Below, piece by piece: positions 1 through 10,510 of a stretch of 26,515 bases of DNA. The stretch spans positions 1-26,515 of the forward strand of contig JBQCGO010000120.1 of the NCBI GenBank assembly GCA_051955575.1, given 5' to 3'. Each line of letters begins with the position of its first letter. Position 1 is the stretch's first letter. The position numbers and the translations under genes are program-made. The DNA comes from Burkholderiaceae bacterium. Its GTDB lineage: Bacteria; Pseudomonadota; Gammaproteobacteria; Burkholderiales; Burkholderiaceae_D. The notes under the pieces are model-generated. The model had not been told where the DNA came from. It searched no databases and saw only the letters and a program-made list of their open reading frames with translations.

Positions 1-25
1 GGCCGTCATCGGATGCAGCGAATCG

Positions 26-50
26 GACGCGGGCCGTGCCGGCCCGCATC
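26..50 (-). other. GC-rich hairpin immediately downstream of ndk (no U-tract; possible mRNA 3' stabiliser)
   Basis: gcgggccg (29-36) pairs with cggcccgc (40-47) around a 3-nt loop; it extends by 3 bp, one of them G-U, on the minus strand. Confidence 0.4.
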
Positions 51-54
51 GTCA

Positions 55-480
55 TTATCGGGTGTAGACGTTCAGTGCGGGGAAGAAATAGGCGATTTCC
101 ACGCGCGCCGTGTCGGCGCCGTCGGAACCGTGCACCGCGTTGGCGTCGATCGAGTCGGCGAAGTCGGCGCGGATGGTGCCCTTTTCCGCTTTCTTGGGAT
201 CGGTCGCGCCCATCAGGTCGCGGTTCTTGGCGATCGCGCCCTCACCTTCCAGCACCTGCACCATCACCGGGCCGGAGATCATGAAACCGACCAGGTCCTT
301 GAAGAACGGGCGCTCTTTGTGCACCGCGTAGAAGCCTTCGGCCTCGGCGCGCGAAAGCTGAACCATGCGCGCGGCAATGATCTTCAGCCCGGCATTCTCG
401 AAACGGGTGTAGATTTGGCCGATGACGTTCTTGGCAACGGCGTCAGGCTTGATGATGGAAAGAGTGCGTTCGATCGCCAT
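55..480 (-). CDS. ndk: Nucleoside diphosphate kinase
   Basis: [16 protein letters not shown]-terminus, GATDP and NAVHGSD (phospho-His) motifs; GGAG RBS 7 nt before the ATG at 480; tandem TAA TGA stops. Start trimmed from the ORF track. Confidence 0.98.
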   Translation of the reverse strand: MAIERTLSIIKPDAVAKNVIGQIYTRFENAGLKIIAARMVQLSRAEAEGFYAVHKERPFFKDLVGFMISGPVMVQVLEGEGAIAKNRDLMGATDPKKAEKGTIRADFADSIDANAVHGSDGADTARVEIAYFFPALNVYTR

Positions 481-672
481 CTGGAAACTCCGTGGATTAT
501 GGTTGGCAGGAATGTAAAACGTAAATGCGGTCAACCTTGTATTCTACTATGAATCATTCGTCCCGCCCCGGTTCACCGGTGTCGGCCGAACTCGGCACAG
601 GCCGGTGAGTCTGATGCAGTAACATTTCGTCGGGGCATTTGTCCCAACGAAGGCAATTTTCAAGGAGCAAGC

Positions 673-1368
673 ATGGATACCAACCTGCAAGGCCGCTATA
701 CCAGCGCCGGCGCCGCCGGCCTCACCGCGCGGAACAGGGTGTTGCGCAACACCTACTGGCTGCTCGCGCTCTCGATGATTCCGACCGTGCTCGGCGCCTG
801 GCTCGGCGTCAGACTGCATGTCGATCTCATGGCGGCGAACCCGATGCTCGGCTTCGTGCTGTTCCTGGCGATCGCGTTCGGCTTCGTCTACGCGATCGAG
901 CGCACCAAGAACTCGGGCGTCGGCGTCGCCGTGCTGCTCGGCTTCACCTTCTTCATGGGCCTGATGCTGTCGCGGCTGATCGGCTTCACGCTCGGCTACG
1001 CCAACGGTCCGGCGCTGATCATGCTCGCGTTCGGCGGCACGGCGATCGTCTTTGCCGTGATGGCCAGCATCGCCACTGTCACGAAACGCGATTTCTCCGG
1101 TCTCGGGAAATGGCTGTTCGCCGGCGTGCTGGTGATTTTGCTGGCGTCGGCGGCGAACATCTTCCTGCAACTGCCGGCGCTGTTCCTCGCCGTGTCGGTG
1201 ATCGCCATCGCGATCTTCTCGGCCTACATCCTGTTCGACGTGCAGCAGATCGTCCGCGGCGGCGAAACCAACTACATCACTGCGACGCTGAACATCTATC
1301 TCGACCTGTACAACATCTTCGCAAACCTGCTCGCGCTGCTCGGCATCGCCGGCGGTAGCCGCGACTGA
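673..1368 (+). CDS. Bax inhibitor-1/YccA family membrane protein
   Basis: About 7 hydrophobic segments; YILFDVQQI and IYLDLYNIF segments carry the family's two Asp residues; AAGGAG RBS upstream. Confidence 0.92.
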   Translation: MDTNLQGRYTSAGAAGLTARNRVLRNTYWLLALSMIPTVLGAWLGVRLHVDLMAANPMLGFVLFLAIAFGFVYAIERTKNSGVGVAVLLGFTFFMGLMLSRLIGFTLGYANGPALIMLAFGGTAIVFAVMASIATVTKRDFSGLGKWLFAGVLVILLASAANIFLQLPALFLAVSVIAIAIFSAYILFDVQQIVRGGETNYITATLNIYLDLYNIFANLLALLGIAGGSRD

Positions 1369-1391
1369 AAAGCGGTTTTCTGGCGCGAATC

Positions 1392-1419
1392 GAAAAACCG
1401 GCCTGCGGGCCGGTTTTTC
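1392..1419. terminator. Bidirectional rho-independent terminator between the convergent BI-1 gene and rlmD
   Basis: gaaaaaccggcc-tgcg-ggccggtttttc: perfect 12-bp dyad giving a 5-U tract on each strand. Confidence 0.9.
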
Positions 1420-1440
1420 ATTGCACGCTTGCGCCCCGCT

Positions 1441-2811
1441 TCAACCCTCTTCCGCGCCGGACGGGCGATCGAATACCGCGATCGACTCGACGTGCGCGGT
1501 ATGCGGGAACATGTTGATCACGCCGGCCCGCTTCAACGTATAGCCGGCTTCCGCAACCAGGATGCCGGCGTCCCGCGCCAGCGTGGCGGGACTGCACGAG
1601 ACGTAGACGATCCGGCGCGGCAACAGCAAGGGACGATCCTTGGCCAGCGCGGCCAGCGCCTGGCAGACCGCCAGCGCGCCGTCGCGCGGCGGGTCGACCA
1701 GCATCCGGTCGAACGGGCCGAGTTCGGCCAGATCGTCCGCGGACAGCTCGAACAGGTTGCGGCACTGGAAGCGCGTGCGGCGGTCGAGTCCGTTGGCGCG
1801 AGCATTCTCGCCGGCGCGCTCCACCAGTACGCGGCTGCCTTCGATGCCGAGCGTCTCGCGCGCCCGGGTCGCAATCGGCAGCGTGAAATTGCCGAGGCCG
1901 CAGAACAGATCGGCGACGCGGTCCTGCGGCTGCACGTCGAGCAGGCGCAGCGCGCGCGACACCAGCGCCCGGTTGATCTGGTGGTTGACCTGCGTGAAAT
2001 CGGTCGGCTTGAACGGCATGCGCAGGCCGAATTCGGGCAGCGTGTAGGCGAGCCGGGTCTCGGCGGGATGGAACGGCGCGGCGCTGTCGGGACCGGCCGG
2101 CTGCAGCCACCATTCGATGCCGTGGCGGTCGGCAAAGGCCCGCAGTGTCGTCTCGTCATGCGCCGAAAGCGGTTCCATGATCCGCAACACCAAAGCGGTG
2201 ATCCGCTCCCTGCCCGCATCGCCGATGGCCAGTTCGATCTGCGGCACGCTGCGCGCGATCGACAGCGAGCCGATCAGCTCGCGCAGCGGCACCAGCAGCG
2301 CCGATACGTGCGGCGGCAGGATCTCGCAGGTGCGCATGTCGGCGATGTAGCGGGACTTGCTTTCATGGAAGCCGACCAGGACGCCGCCCTTCTTTGCCAC
2401 GCAGCGCACCGACAGCCGGGCGCGATAGCGGTAGCCCCAGGTCGGACCGTGCATCGGCGGCAGCATCGTCTCAGGCCGCACTCGGCCGAGGTGCCAGAGA
2501 TTGTCTTCCAGCACGCGCTGCTTGATCGCGACCTGGGCCGACGGCTCCAGGTGCTGCATCGCACAGCCGCCGCAGGTGCCGAAGTAACGGCACTTCGGCG
2601 CCACCCGCAGCGCCGACTCGCGGTGCAGCGCGGTCATGGTCGCCGCTTCCCATTTCGACTTGCGGCGATGGGAAACGTACCCGACAGTTTCCCCGGGCAG
2701 CGCACCCTCGACGAACACGACCTTGCCGGGCGTGCCGTCCTCGTTCTTCAGGCGGCCGACGCCGCGGCCTTCCATATCGAGCGATTCGATGGTGATGGTG
2801 TTGGATGACAT
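1441..2811 (-). CDS. rlmD: 23S rRNA (uracil-1939-C5)-methyltransferase
   Basis: N-terminal TRAM-like region, [10 protein letters not shown] Fe-S motif, [17 protein letters not shown] motif, DPPR, catalytic YVSC; start trimmed to [10 protein letters not shown]. Confidence 0.95.
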   Translation of the reverse strand: MSSNTITIESLDMEGRGVGRLKNEDGTPGKVVFVEGALPGETVGYVSHRRKSKWEAATMTALHRESALRVAPKCRYFGTCGGCAMQHLEPSAQVAIKQRVLEDNLWHLGRVRPETMLPPMHGPTWGYRYRARLSVRCVAKKGGVLVGFHESKSRYIADMRTCEILPPHVSALLVPLRELIGSLSIARSVPQIELAIGDAGRERITALVLRIMEPLSAHDETTLRAFADRHGIEWWLQPAGPDSAAPFHPAETRLAYTLPEFGLRMPFKPTDFTQVNHQINRALVSRALRLLDVQPQDRVADLFCGLGNFTLPIATRARETLGIEGSRVLVERAGENARANGLDRRTRFQCRNLFELSADDLAELGPFDRMLVDPPRDGALAVCQALAALAKDRPLLLPRRIVYVSCSPATLARDAGILVAEAGYTLKRAGVINMFPHTAHVESIAVFDRPSGAEEG

Positions 2812-2863
2812 GTCGATGCGGCACGCGGCCCTCGGTGCGACGGCGGCGCGCAAGTTCAAGCGT

Positions 2864-3667
2864 TCAGTCGGGAACGGCTCCCGACGATGGGACGGGCGGC
2901 CAGGCGGCCAGGTATTCGCGCCAGTGCGGCGCGTCGATGCCTTCGAGCGCGGCGCGGACCACGTCCATTTCCCGTTCGTAGGCCTCTCGCGACAGGTCGC
3001 CGCGCATGCGCCGGAAACGGCAGTAGACAAGGTAGGTGTTGACCACGTCAGTCTCGCAGTAATTGCGGATTTCCGGCAGGCGCCCCTGGCTGAACAGCGA
3101 CCAGACCTGCGAGCCGTCGACACCGAGCTTGCCCGGAAAGCCGCACAGCTTGGCGAGATCGTCGAGCGGCGCGTTGGCCCGGCCGGTGTACAGCGCGAGC
3201 AGGTCCATCAGGTCGAGATGGCGCGTGTGGTAGCGGCTCAGGTAGTTGTTCCACTTGAAGTCGCGGTCCTCGTCCCCGGTCTCCCAGTAACGGGCGGCCG
3301 CCACACCGTTGACCATCGCGCGGTAATGCAGCACCGGCAGGTCGAAACCGCCGCCGTTCCACGACACCAATTGGGGCGTGTACTTTTCGATGATCCGGAA
3401 GAAGTCGCCGACGATGCGCGACTCCGGGTCTTCCAAAGTGCCGAGCGAGCGCACCCGGAAACCGTCGTCGTCGCGGAACGCGCAGGAGATCGCCGCGACC
3501 CGGTGCAGGTGATGCGGCAGGAAGTCCGAGCCGGTCCGCTCGCGGCGCGCGGCGAATGCGATCTCGGCGACGTCGCCGTCGGTCGCTTCGTCGGGATGGC
3601 CGTGCAGCACGCGCAGCCCCGACACGTCGGGAATCGTCTCGATGTCGAACACCAGGATCGGCGTCAC
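2864..3667 (-). CDS. Stand-alone PolB-like 3'-5' exonuclease (DEDDy type), function uncharacterised
   Basis: Exo I FDIET, Exo II WNGGGFD and Exo III YCETD all intact; GTG start overlaps the rpoS stop (GTGA). Confidence 0.88.
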   Translation of the reverse strand: MTPILVFDIETIPDVSGLRVLHGHPDEATDGDVAEIAFAARRERTGSDFLPHHLHRVAAISCAFRDDDGFRVRSLGTLEDPESRIVGDFFRIIEKYTPQLVSWNGGGFDLPVLHYRAMVNGVAAARYWETGDEDRDFKWNNYLSRYHTRHLDLMDLLALYTGRANAPLDDLAKLCGFPGKLGVDGSQVWSLFSQGRLPEIRNYCETDVVNTYLVYCRFRRMRGDLSREAYEREMDVVRAALEGIDAPHWREYLAAWPPVPSSGAVPD

Positions 3668-4695
3668 GGCAGCGCCTCCCGCCCGACGCCGCGCGCATTC
3701 AGCGCGCGCTTCAATTTCATCAGCGCTTCCTGCTGGATCTGGCGCACCCGCTCGCGGGTGATGCCCATCTCGACCGCGAGTTCTTCCAATGTCGCCGGGT
3801 CGTCGTTGCCGAGCCCGAAGCGTCGCAGAATGACGGTGCGCTGCTTGACTGGCAACTGGGACAGCCAGTCGTGCAGCAGCAACGTGATCTCGTGCTGCGC
3901 GGCGCGATTGTCCGGCCCCTCGTCGGCATTGCCGGGCAGCATGTCCATCAGGCTCGATTGCGGATCGCCGTCGAGCGGCGCGTCGAGCGAGGTCGGGTGC
4001 TCGGACAACGACAGGATATCCTGCACGTCCTCGATCGAACGGTCGGCGAGATGCGCGATGTCCTCGATCGACGCTTCCTTGCCGTCGCGGTGCTGCGCCT
4101 CCAGGTGGAACTTGGCGCGCAGCACGAGATTCAATTCGCGCACCATGTGCACCGGCAGCCGAACCGTGCGCGCCTGGTTCATGATCGCGCGCGCGATGCT
4201 TTGGCGGATCCACCAGGTCGCGTAGGTCGAGAAACGGAAGCCGCGCTCGGGCTCGAACTTGTCGATCGCGCGCATCAACCCGAGATTGCCTTCCTCGATC
4301 AGGTCGAGCAGCACCACGCCGCGGTTGATGTAATGCTTGGCGATCGAGACGACCAGACGCAGGTTGTGCTCGATCATTTTCTGCCGCGCCGCGAAATCGC
4401 CCTGCTTGGCCAGCGTCGCGTAACGCACTTCTTCCTCGACGCTCAGCAGATGACGGGTGCCGATCTGGTTCAGGTAATGCTGCGTGGCGTCGGTCGACAG
4501 TTCGGCCGCCAGCACGGTCTTGATCTCGTCGAGCTCGCTGCCAGCGGCGACTGTGGCGGCGGGCTCGCGCGCGGCGCCGTCTTCGTCAACGCCGTCCGTC
4601 TCCGGGTCGGGCAGGCCGCCCTCGCCGACGCCGTCATCGTCGCCGGAAACGTCCATCGTCCTGTCGCGGTCGTGGCGGGAGGATCGGCTCATCAT
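3664..4695 (-). CDS. rpoS: RNA polymerase sigma factor RpoS
   Basis: Regions 1.2 ([11 protein letters not shown]), 2.1-2.4 ([32 protein letters not shown]) and 4.2 (TRERVRQIQ); directly after nlpD with an ATGA overlap. Confidence 0.93.
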   Translation of the reverse strand: MMSRSSRHDRDRTMDVSGDDDGVGEGGLPDPETDGVDEDGAAREPAATVAAGSELDEIKTVLAAELSTDATQHYLNQIGTRHLLSVEEEVRYATLAKQGDFAARQKMIEHNLRLVVSIAKHYINRGVVLLDLIEEGNLGLMRAIDKFEPERGFRFSTYATWWIRQSIARAIMNQARTVRLPVHMVRELNLVLRAKFHLEAQHRDGKEASIEDIAHLADRSIEDVQDILSLSEHPTSLDAPLDGDPQSSLMDMLPGNADEGPDNRAAQHEITLLLHDWLSQLPVKQRTVILRRFGLGNDDPATLEELAVEMGITRERVRQIQQEALMKLKRALNARGVGREALP

Positions 4696-5681
4696 CGACC
4701 GGGAAGAAAGCGCATCGGATCGACCGGCTTGCCCTGCTGCCGGATCTCGAAATGGAGCTTGACCGAATCGGTGTCGGAATTGCCCATCTCGGCGATCTTC
4801 TGGCCGCGCGCCACGGTCTGGCCTTCCTTGACCAGGATGGTCTTGTTGTGCGCGTAGGCGGACAGCAGGTTGTTGGTGTGCTTGATGATGACCAGGTTGC
4901 CGTAGCCGCGGATGCCGCTGCCGGCGTACATCACCTTGCCGGCGGCGGCGGCGACTACCGGCTGGCCGCTGCGCCCGGCGATGTCGATGCCCTTCTTGCT
5001 GTCGTCGAAAGCGGTCGCGATGCGGCCCTCCGCGGGCCAGATCCAGGCCAGTGCGTCATCGTCTCCAATCGGGGCCGGGGCCGGTTTTTCCTGCGCCGGC
5101 GGTGCGACCTTGGCGATCGGCGGCGGTGCGGGCGGAGCCGTCGGCGCTGCACCGCCCTCGGTGTCGGGCTTCTGCAGTTCGGCCAGCGCAGTCTCTGAAT
5201 AGGGACGTTTTTCACCCCGCGGGCCGGTTTTCGTCATCGCTCCGGAAGATGCCGGACCGGTCGCGGCGGAAGAGGACGAAGATGCGGACGAAGATGCGGA
5301 AGATGCGTTGCCGATCGACTTGACCTCCACGCCCGACGGCGGAATGCTGGCGACCTGCACGCCGTTCGGCGTGCCGGCTTCCAGCGGCGCGACGCGCAGG
5401 ACCTGGCCGACCTTGATGTCGTTCGGATTGGCGAGATTGTTCCAGGCGACCAGGTCCCGGTAGTTCTGCCCGAATTCCAGCGCGATCCGGTAGAGCGTAT
5501 CGCCCTTTCTGACGGTGTACATCCCCTTCGTCTCGGCCGCCGCGGCGCGCGACGACTCCGACGCGCCGGCGCGCTCGACGACCGGCGCCGGGCGGCGCGG
5601 CGTCGAGCAGGCCGCCATGAGGGCGATTGCGGCGAGAACGATGGAAAAACGCGTAATCTTCATTCTTCTAGGATTCAACAT
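4692..5681 (-). CDS. nlpD: LysM/M23 lipoprotein NlpD (degenerate LytM amidase activator)
   Basis: Lipobox LMAA-C, LysM ([13 protein letters not shown]), low-complexity linker, and an M23 domain lacking the Zn His residues (KGIDI, KLHF). Start is either 5681 or 5663. Confidence 0.92.
   Translation of the reverse strand: MLNPRRMKITRFSIVLAAIALMAACSTPRRPAPVVERAGASESSRAAAAETKGMYTVRKGDTLYRIALEFGQNYRDLVAWNNLANPNDIKVGQVLRVAPLEAGTPNGVQVASIPPSGVEVKSIGNASSASSSASSSSSAATGPASSGAMTKTGPRGEKRPYSETALAELQKPDTEGGAAPTAPPAPPPIAKVAPPAQEKPAPAPIGDDDALAWIWPAEGRIATAFDDSKKGIDIAGRSGQPVVAAAAGKVMYAGSGIRGYGNLVIIKHTNNLLSAYAHNKTILVKEGQTVARGQKIAEMGNSDTDSVKLHFEIRQQGKPVDPMRFLPGR
5274..5306. repeat. In-frame tandem repeat in the nlpD linker
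   Basis: ggacgaagatgc x2 plus a shortened ggaagatgc; encodes a Ser/Ala run. Confidence 0.7.
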
Positions 5682-5695
5682 GACTTGCCCCGGGA

Positions 5696-6553
5696 TCAGG
5701 GCATGGTGCCGGGACGGAGCGGCACGAAGTGGCAGTCCTCGAGCGTCGAGCGCGACCATTCCGACTTGCCGGTGCGCTGGATCAGTTGCAGGACTTGCCG
5801 GTCGGCGCCGACGGGCGCCACCAGCCGGCCGCCGACGGCGAGTTGCTCGATCAGCGTCTGCGGCACGTCGAGCCCGGCCGCGGCCAGAATGATACCGTCG
5901 AACGGTGCCGCTTGCGGGAGGCCAAGCATACCATCCCCGTAATGCAGTCGGAGGTTGGGAATGCGCATCGGGCGCAGGTTGGTCTTGGCCAGTTCGTGCA
6001 GTCCCCGGATCCGCTCGATCGAATAGACTTCCGCCGCCACCTGCGCCAGGACCGCGGCCTGGTAGCCGCAGCCGGTGCCGATCTCCAGCACGCGGGCGGG
6101 CCGGCCGCCGGGAACACCCTCGCACAGCGTCTCGATCATCCGCGCGACGATGTATGGCTGGGAAATCGTCTGCTGGTGGCCAATCGGCAGTGACGCGTCG
6201 ATGTAGGCCTGGCTTGCCAGTCCCGCGTCGATGAACAGGTGCCTTGGCACCGTCTCCATGGCCGCCAGCACCGCCGGATGGCGCACACCGCGCGCGGCGA
6301 TCCGCTCGACCATCGCCCGCCGCACCGGCCCGGACACCAGCGACCCTTGTCCCTGAGTCTGCGTGGCGCGCAGCGCCACCGCCGGTCGCGGCGGCGTCGG
6401 TGAGGCAGCCAGCGCGCGGCGGGCCGCGTCGTGACGCAATGCGTTCTGCATCGCGGTCTGCCGCACCGTCTCCGGTCCGTTGCGCTTTGCCGCATCGTTG
6501 TTGCCGGCGACCGAGGACAGCGGCAATGGAAACCGCCTGGGCTTATCGCTCAT
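5696..6553 (-). CDS. pcm: Protein-L-isoaspartate O-methyltransferase
   Basis: [25 protein letters not shown] motif, [17 protein letters not shown]; sits between surE and nlpD. Confidence 0.94.
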   Translation of the reverse strand: MSDKPRRFPLPLSSVAGNNDAAKRNGPETVRQTAMQNALRHDAARRALAASPTPPRPAVALRATQTQGQGSLVSGPVRRAMVERIAARGVRHPAVLAAMETVPRHLFIDAGLASQAYIDASLPIGHQQTISQPYIVARMIETLCEGVPGGRPARVLEIGTGCGYQAAVLAQVAAEVYSIERIRGLHELAKTNLRPMRIPNLRLHYGDGMLGLPQAAPFDGIILAAAGLDVPQTLIEQLAVGGRLVAPVGADRQVLQLIQRTGKSEWSRSTLEDCHFVPLRPGTMP

Positions 6554-7286
6554 GCCACGTCTTCCTCAACAATTCCACTTGCGCGGCATGGGTCAGGTCG
6601 ATCTGCAGCGGCGTCACCGATACGTGTCCGGCGGCGGTGGCATGGAAATCGGTGCCTTCGCCGGCGTCCTTGGCCTTGCCGGCCTGGCCGATCCAGAAGA
6701 TTTCGCGGCCGTACGGGTCTTGTGTGCGGATCACCGGTTCGGAGACGTGGCGCTTGCCCAGCCGCGTGATTCGCACCGGACCGAGTTCCTCGTACCGCCG
6801 GCTCGGGATGTTGACGTTGAGCAGATACGGACGGGACAGGAGGTTGCCCTCGCGCTGCACGATCTCGCGCGCGACGCGCGCCGCCGCGTCGAGTTCGCGC
6901 CAGCCTTTCTCGACCTGGGAAAACGCAATCGCCGGGATACCGAACAGGTAGCCTTCCATCGCGGCGGCGACGGTGCCGGAATACAGCGTGTCGTCGCCCA
7001 TGTTCTGCCCCTGGTTGATGCCAGAAACCACCATGTCGGGCGGCGCGTCGAGCAGTTGCGAGAGCGCGATGTGGACGCAGTCGGAAGGCGTGCCGTTGAC
7101 GAAATGGAAGCCGTTCGCCGCGCGATGTACCGACAGCGGCCGGTCCAGCGTCAGCGAATTCGAGCAACCGGAGCGGTTCGCCTCGGGCGCGATGACCGTG
7201 ACCTCGGCGATCGCGGACAGCGCCTCGGCAAGCGCCGCCAGGCCCGGTGCGAGATAGCCGTCGTCGTTGCTGACCAGTATTTTCAT
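6543..7286 (-). CDS. surE: 5'/3'-nucleotidase SurE
   Basis: [33 protein letters not shown]; overlaps the pcm start by 11 nt. Confidence 0.97.
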   Translation of the reverse strand: MKILVSNDDGYLAPGLAALAEALSAIAEVTVIAPEANRSGCSNSLTLDRPLSVHRAANGFHFVNGTPSDCVHIALSQLLDAPPDMVVSGINQGQNMGDDTLYSGTVAAAMEGYLFGIPAIAFSQVEKGWRELDAAARVAREIVQREGNLLSRPYLLNVNIPSRRYEELGPVRITRLGKRHVSEPVIRTQDPYGREIFWIGQAGKAKDAGEGTDFHATAAGHVSVTPLQIDLTHAAQVELLRKTWHER

Positions 7287-7397
7287 GCTGCCGATTTTAC
7301 CCGAAGCAACCTCGCTCTCCGGCCGTCCGGTGTCGCATTCCGGGCCATAATCGGCAGTCTTGCCGATCCGTTGTTTCTACGCCATGGAGACATCCCG

Positions 7398-8378
7398 ATG
7401 AAAGCCGTCATGTGCCGCCGCTGGGGACCGCCCGAGTCATTGACCGTCGAAACGATCGCCGATCCGGTACCGCGAGCCGGCGAGGTCGTCGTCGAGGTGG
7501 AGGCCGCCGGCGTCAACTTTCCCGATGTGCTGGTCATCCAGGACAAATACCAGTTCAAGCCGCTGCTGCCCTTCTCGCCGGGCTGCGAACTGGCCGGCGT
7601 CGTGCGCGCGGTCGGCGACGACGTGACGGGCATCGCGCCGGGCGAGCGCGTGATGGCCTACGTCGGACACGGCGCGTTCGCCGAGCGCGCTGTCGTACCG
7701 GCCGAGGCGATCGTCAAGGTGCCCCAAGGCATGCCATCCGACGTCGCCGCGTCGCTGCTGCTGGCCTACGGCACCGCCTACCACTCGCTGGCCGACCGGG
7801 CGCGACTGGGCGCTGGTGAGACTCTGCTCGTGCTCGGCGCGGCCGGCGGCGTCGGACTTGCCGCCATCGAGATCGGCAAGGCGCTCGGCGCCCGCGTGAT
7901 CGCGGCCGCGTCATCACCCGGCAAGCTCGCGCTCTGCCGGCAGCACGGCGCGGACGAGACGATCGACTACGCGGCGGCCGAACTGCGTGGCGCGATCCGC
8001 GAGGCCACCAACGGCGCCGGACCGGACGTGGTGTTCGACCCGGTCGGCGGCGAGCCTGCCGAACCCGCGTTCCGCTCGATCGCGTGGCGCGGCCGTTACC
8101 TGGTGGTGGGGTTCGCCAGCGGCGGCATTCCCCGGCTGCCGTGGAACCTGGCGCTGCTCAAGGGCGCGTCGCTGGTCGGCGTGTTCTGGGGGGATTTCGT
8201 GCGCCGCGAGCCGTCGGTGCACCGGGCGGCGCTCGATACGCTGCTGGCCTGGTTCGCCGATGGCCGGATCCGGCCGCACGTTTCCGCGCGCTATTCGCTG
8301 GCAGAGACGGCGCAGGCGCTGTCCGACATGGCGGCACGCCGGGTGACGGGAAAGATCGTGATCGAGCCGGGCCGGTGA
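7398..8378 (+). CDS. NADPH:quinone oxidoreductase family protein (MDR, zeta-crystallin-like)
   Basis: GVNFPD, PGCELAG, GAAGGVG nucleotide-binding motif, DPVGG, GKIVI; GGAGA RBS at 7386-7390. The ORF-track 5' extension is antisense to surE and was discarded. Confidence 0.92.
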   Translation: MKAVMCRRWGPPESLTVETIADPVPRAGEVVVEVEAAGVNFPDVLVIQDKYQFKPLLPFSPGCELAGVVRAVGDDVTGIAPGERVMAYVGHGAFAERAVVPAEAIVKVPQGMPSDVAASLLLAYGTAYHSLADRARLGAGETLLVLGAAGGVGLAAIEIGKALGARVIAAASSPGKLALCRQHGADETIDYAAAELRGAIREATNGAGPDVVFDPVGGEPAEPAFRSIAWRGRYLVVGFASGGIPRLPWNLALLKGASLVGVFWGDFVRREPSVHRAALDTLLAWFADGRIRPHVSARYSLAETAQALSDMAARRVTGKIVIEPGR

Positions 8379-8385
8379 GCCGGCC

Positions 8386-10467
8386 TCAGGCAGCCGGCGC
8401 TTCCTCGTCCCGCTCCTGGTCCCTTTCCTCGTTCCCGTCTGCAGCGTCGCCCGCGAAGAATGCGCGTACCGCCTCGATCTCGCGGGTCCGCTTGAACGGC
8501 GGCAGGCTCTGCCAGATCCGGCGGCCGTAGGGTTTGCCGACCAGGCGCGGGTCGCAGATCATCAGGACGCCGCGATCGGTCTCGTCGCGGATCAGCCGGC
8601 CCGCGCCCTGTTTCAGTGTGATGATCGCTTCCGGCAGCTGGTGGTGCAGGAAGCCGTTCAAGCCCTTCTTCTCCAGCGCCTGCAGCCGCGCGGCCAGCAC
8701 CGGGTCGTCGGGCGGCGCGAACGGCAGCTTGTCGATCACCACCAGCGACAGCGCATCGCCGCGCACGTCGACGCCTTCCCAGAAGCTCTGGCTGCCGATC
8801 AGCACGCCGTTGCCGGCCGCGCGGAAACGGTCCAGCAATTCGGTGCGCCCGGCTTCGCCCTGCACCATCAGCGGGTAAGGCAGGCGACGCCGTGCGAATT
8901 CCTCGCGCAATCGCTCCGCGACACGGTTGACCGCGCGCAGCGTGGTGCACAGGAAGAAGGTGCGGCCGCCGGCGGCGATGATGGCCGGCAGCGCCGCGTC
9001 GACCGCCGCGTCGGTGTACTGCGGCGAGTTCGGCGCGGGCAGTCCGGTCGGTGCGTACAGCAGCGCCTGGCTGCCGTAGTCGAACGGGCTGGGCCAGGAC
9101 CGGGACGGCTCGTCCCACAGGCCCATGCGCGAGTTGTAGTGAGTGAAGTCCTGCTTCACCGCGAGCGTGGCCGAGGCGAAGATCCAGGCGCGCGGCGTGC
9201 CTTCGCGCTGCCGGTTGAAGATTGGCGCGATCGACAGCGGCGTGCGGTGCAGTTGCAGCGACGAGGCGAACGCCTCGACCCAGAGGATGCGCTCCTGGCC
9301 GTCGGCCGGCGGCTCGCCGGCGCCCGCCGTCCATTCCTCCAGCTGCGCCTCGAGGCTCACGGCGCGCGTCCGGCACTGTTCGATGGTCTCGGCCCGCTCG
9401 GCCTGGGCATCGAGCACCGCACGCAGATTCGCAAGCTGCTCGCGCAAGGTCGCCAGCGCCGGAAAGAACTGGCTCGACGGCGCGATCTGGTCGATGGCGA
9501 GGCGAATCGAATCCTGCGGAAACACCAGCCGCAGGTCGCGCGCGGCGCGTTCCGCCGCGGTCGTCAGGCGGCTCCAGTCGGCGCCGTCGCGCGCATGGGC
9601 GAGGCCTTCGGCCAGCGCGTCCCGGCACAGGTCGATGACTTGCGAGGTCGAGACGGTTTCCCCGAAAAACAGCGTCGCGGTGTCGGGCAACTGATGCGCC
9701 TCGTCGAAGATCACCGTGTTCGCCGATGGCAGCAGTTCGGCCACGCCGGTGTCCTTCAGCGCCACGTCGGCGAAGAACAGGTGATGGTTCACCACTACCA
9801 CGTCGGCCTGCTGCGCCTCCTTGCGCGCCTTCATCACGAAACAGTCCTGGTAGTACTGGCACTCGGCGCCGAGACAGGTGTCCCGCGTCGACGTGACCAC
9901 GTTCCAGACCGGCGCGTTTTCCGGCACCTTCGACAGCTCGGCCTTGTCGCCGGACTGGGTGGTTTTCATGAAGCGGGAAATGTCGCGCAGGTAGCCGACG
10001 TCCTCGCGCGCGGTCAGGCGGCCGTTCTGCAGCGTGCGCTCGAGGTGGAAGTGGCAGACGTAGTTCGCGCGGCCCTTCAGCAGCGCGACCGAGACGGGCG
10101 CGGCGAGCGCCTTGCGCACCGTCGGGATGTCGCGAAAATACAGCTGGTCCTGCAGGTTCTTGGTGCCGGTCGAGACGATCGTCTTGCCGCCCCAGAGCAG
10201 CGCCGGGACGAGATAAGCGAAGGTCTTGCCGGTGCCGGTGCCGGCCTCGGCCACCAGCGTGGTGCGGCCGTCGATCGCGTCGGCGATTGCCTTGGCCATG
10301 TCGATCTGCGCCTGGCGTGGCCGGTAGCCGGGAATCGCGGCGCCGAGCAGTCCGCCGTCGCCGAACACGCGCCCGATGTCGCCGTCGTGCGCATGCGCGC
10401 CGGCGACGCTCTCGGCGGAGTCGGTCGGGTGGTTCGGATCGAGGGGAAGGGAAAGGGCAGGTTTCAT
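8386..10467 (-). CDS. ATP-dependent Fe-S DNA helicase, DinG/YoaA family
   Basis: AGTGTGKT (I), DEAH (II), SATL (III), FWEGVD (V), QGAGRLIR (VI); four Fe-S Cys (YVC...TCLGAECQYYQDC). Confidence 0.94.
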   Translation of the reverse strand: MKPALSLPLDPNHPTDSAESVAGAHAHDGDIGRVFGDGGLLGAAIPGYRPRQAQIDMAKAIADAIDGRTTLVAEAGTGTGKTFAYLVPALLWGGKTIVSTGTKNLQDQLYFRDIPTVRKALAAPVSVALLKGRANYVCHFHLERTLQNGRLTAREDVGYLRDISRFMKTTQSGDKAELSKVPENAPVWNVVTSTRDTCLGAECQYYQDCFVMKARKEAQQADVVVVNHHLFFADVALKDTGVAELLPSANTVIFDEAHQLPDTATLFFGETVSTSQVIDLCRDALAEGLAHARDGADWSRLTTAAERAARDLRLVFPQDSIRLAIDQIAPSSQFFPALATLREQLANLRAVLDAQAERAETIEQCRTRAVSLEAQLEEWTAGAGEPPADGQERILWVEAFASSLQLHRTPLSIAPIFNRQREGTPRAWIFASATLAVKQDFTHYNSRMGLWDEPSRSWPSPFDYGSQALLYAPTGLPAPNSPQYTDAAVDAALPAIIAAGGRTFFLCTTLRAVNRVAERLREEFARRRLPYPLMVQGEAGRTELLDRFRAAGNGVLIGSQSFWEGVDVRGDALSLVVIDKLPFAPPDDPVLAARLQALEKKGLNGFLHHQLPEAIITLKQGAGRLIRDETDRGVLMICDPRLVGKPYGRRIWQSLPPFKRTREIEAVRAFFAGDAADGNEERDQERDEEAPAA

Positions 10468-10510
10468 GCGTCACGCCATCCCGTCACATATGCGGGCGGG
10501 ACGGGCGGAC

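Noticed and set aside
541-546. TAGAAT -10-like hexamer upstream of ndk (minus strand)
   Set aside because: No -35 or extended -10 support; too weak to call.
1441-6125. Apparent N-terminal extensions or fusions of rlmD (to 3123), the exonuclease (to 4213) and nlpD (to 6125)
   Set aside because: Each extension overlaps the neighbouring gene in another frame and has Arg/Ala/Pro-rich off-frame composition; no frameshift signal seen.
6480-8378. Apparent 632-aa extended quinone oxidoreductase
   Set aside because: The first ~300 codons are antisense to surE; the real start with RBS is at 7398.
8370-8385. ggccgg-tgag-ccggcc hairpin between the convergent oxidoreductase and helicase genes
   Set aside because: Only 6 bp, no U-tract, expected by chance at this GC content.
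2864-10467. Idea that the exonuclease and helicase are a split DinG-exonuclease or a defence system
   Set aside because: They are ~4.7 kb apart in different operons; fused DinG exonuclease domains are DnaQ-like (DEDDh), whereas this one is PolB-like; no cas, effector or mobility genes nearby.
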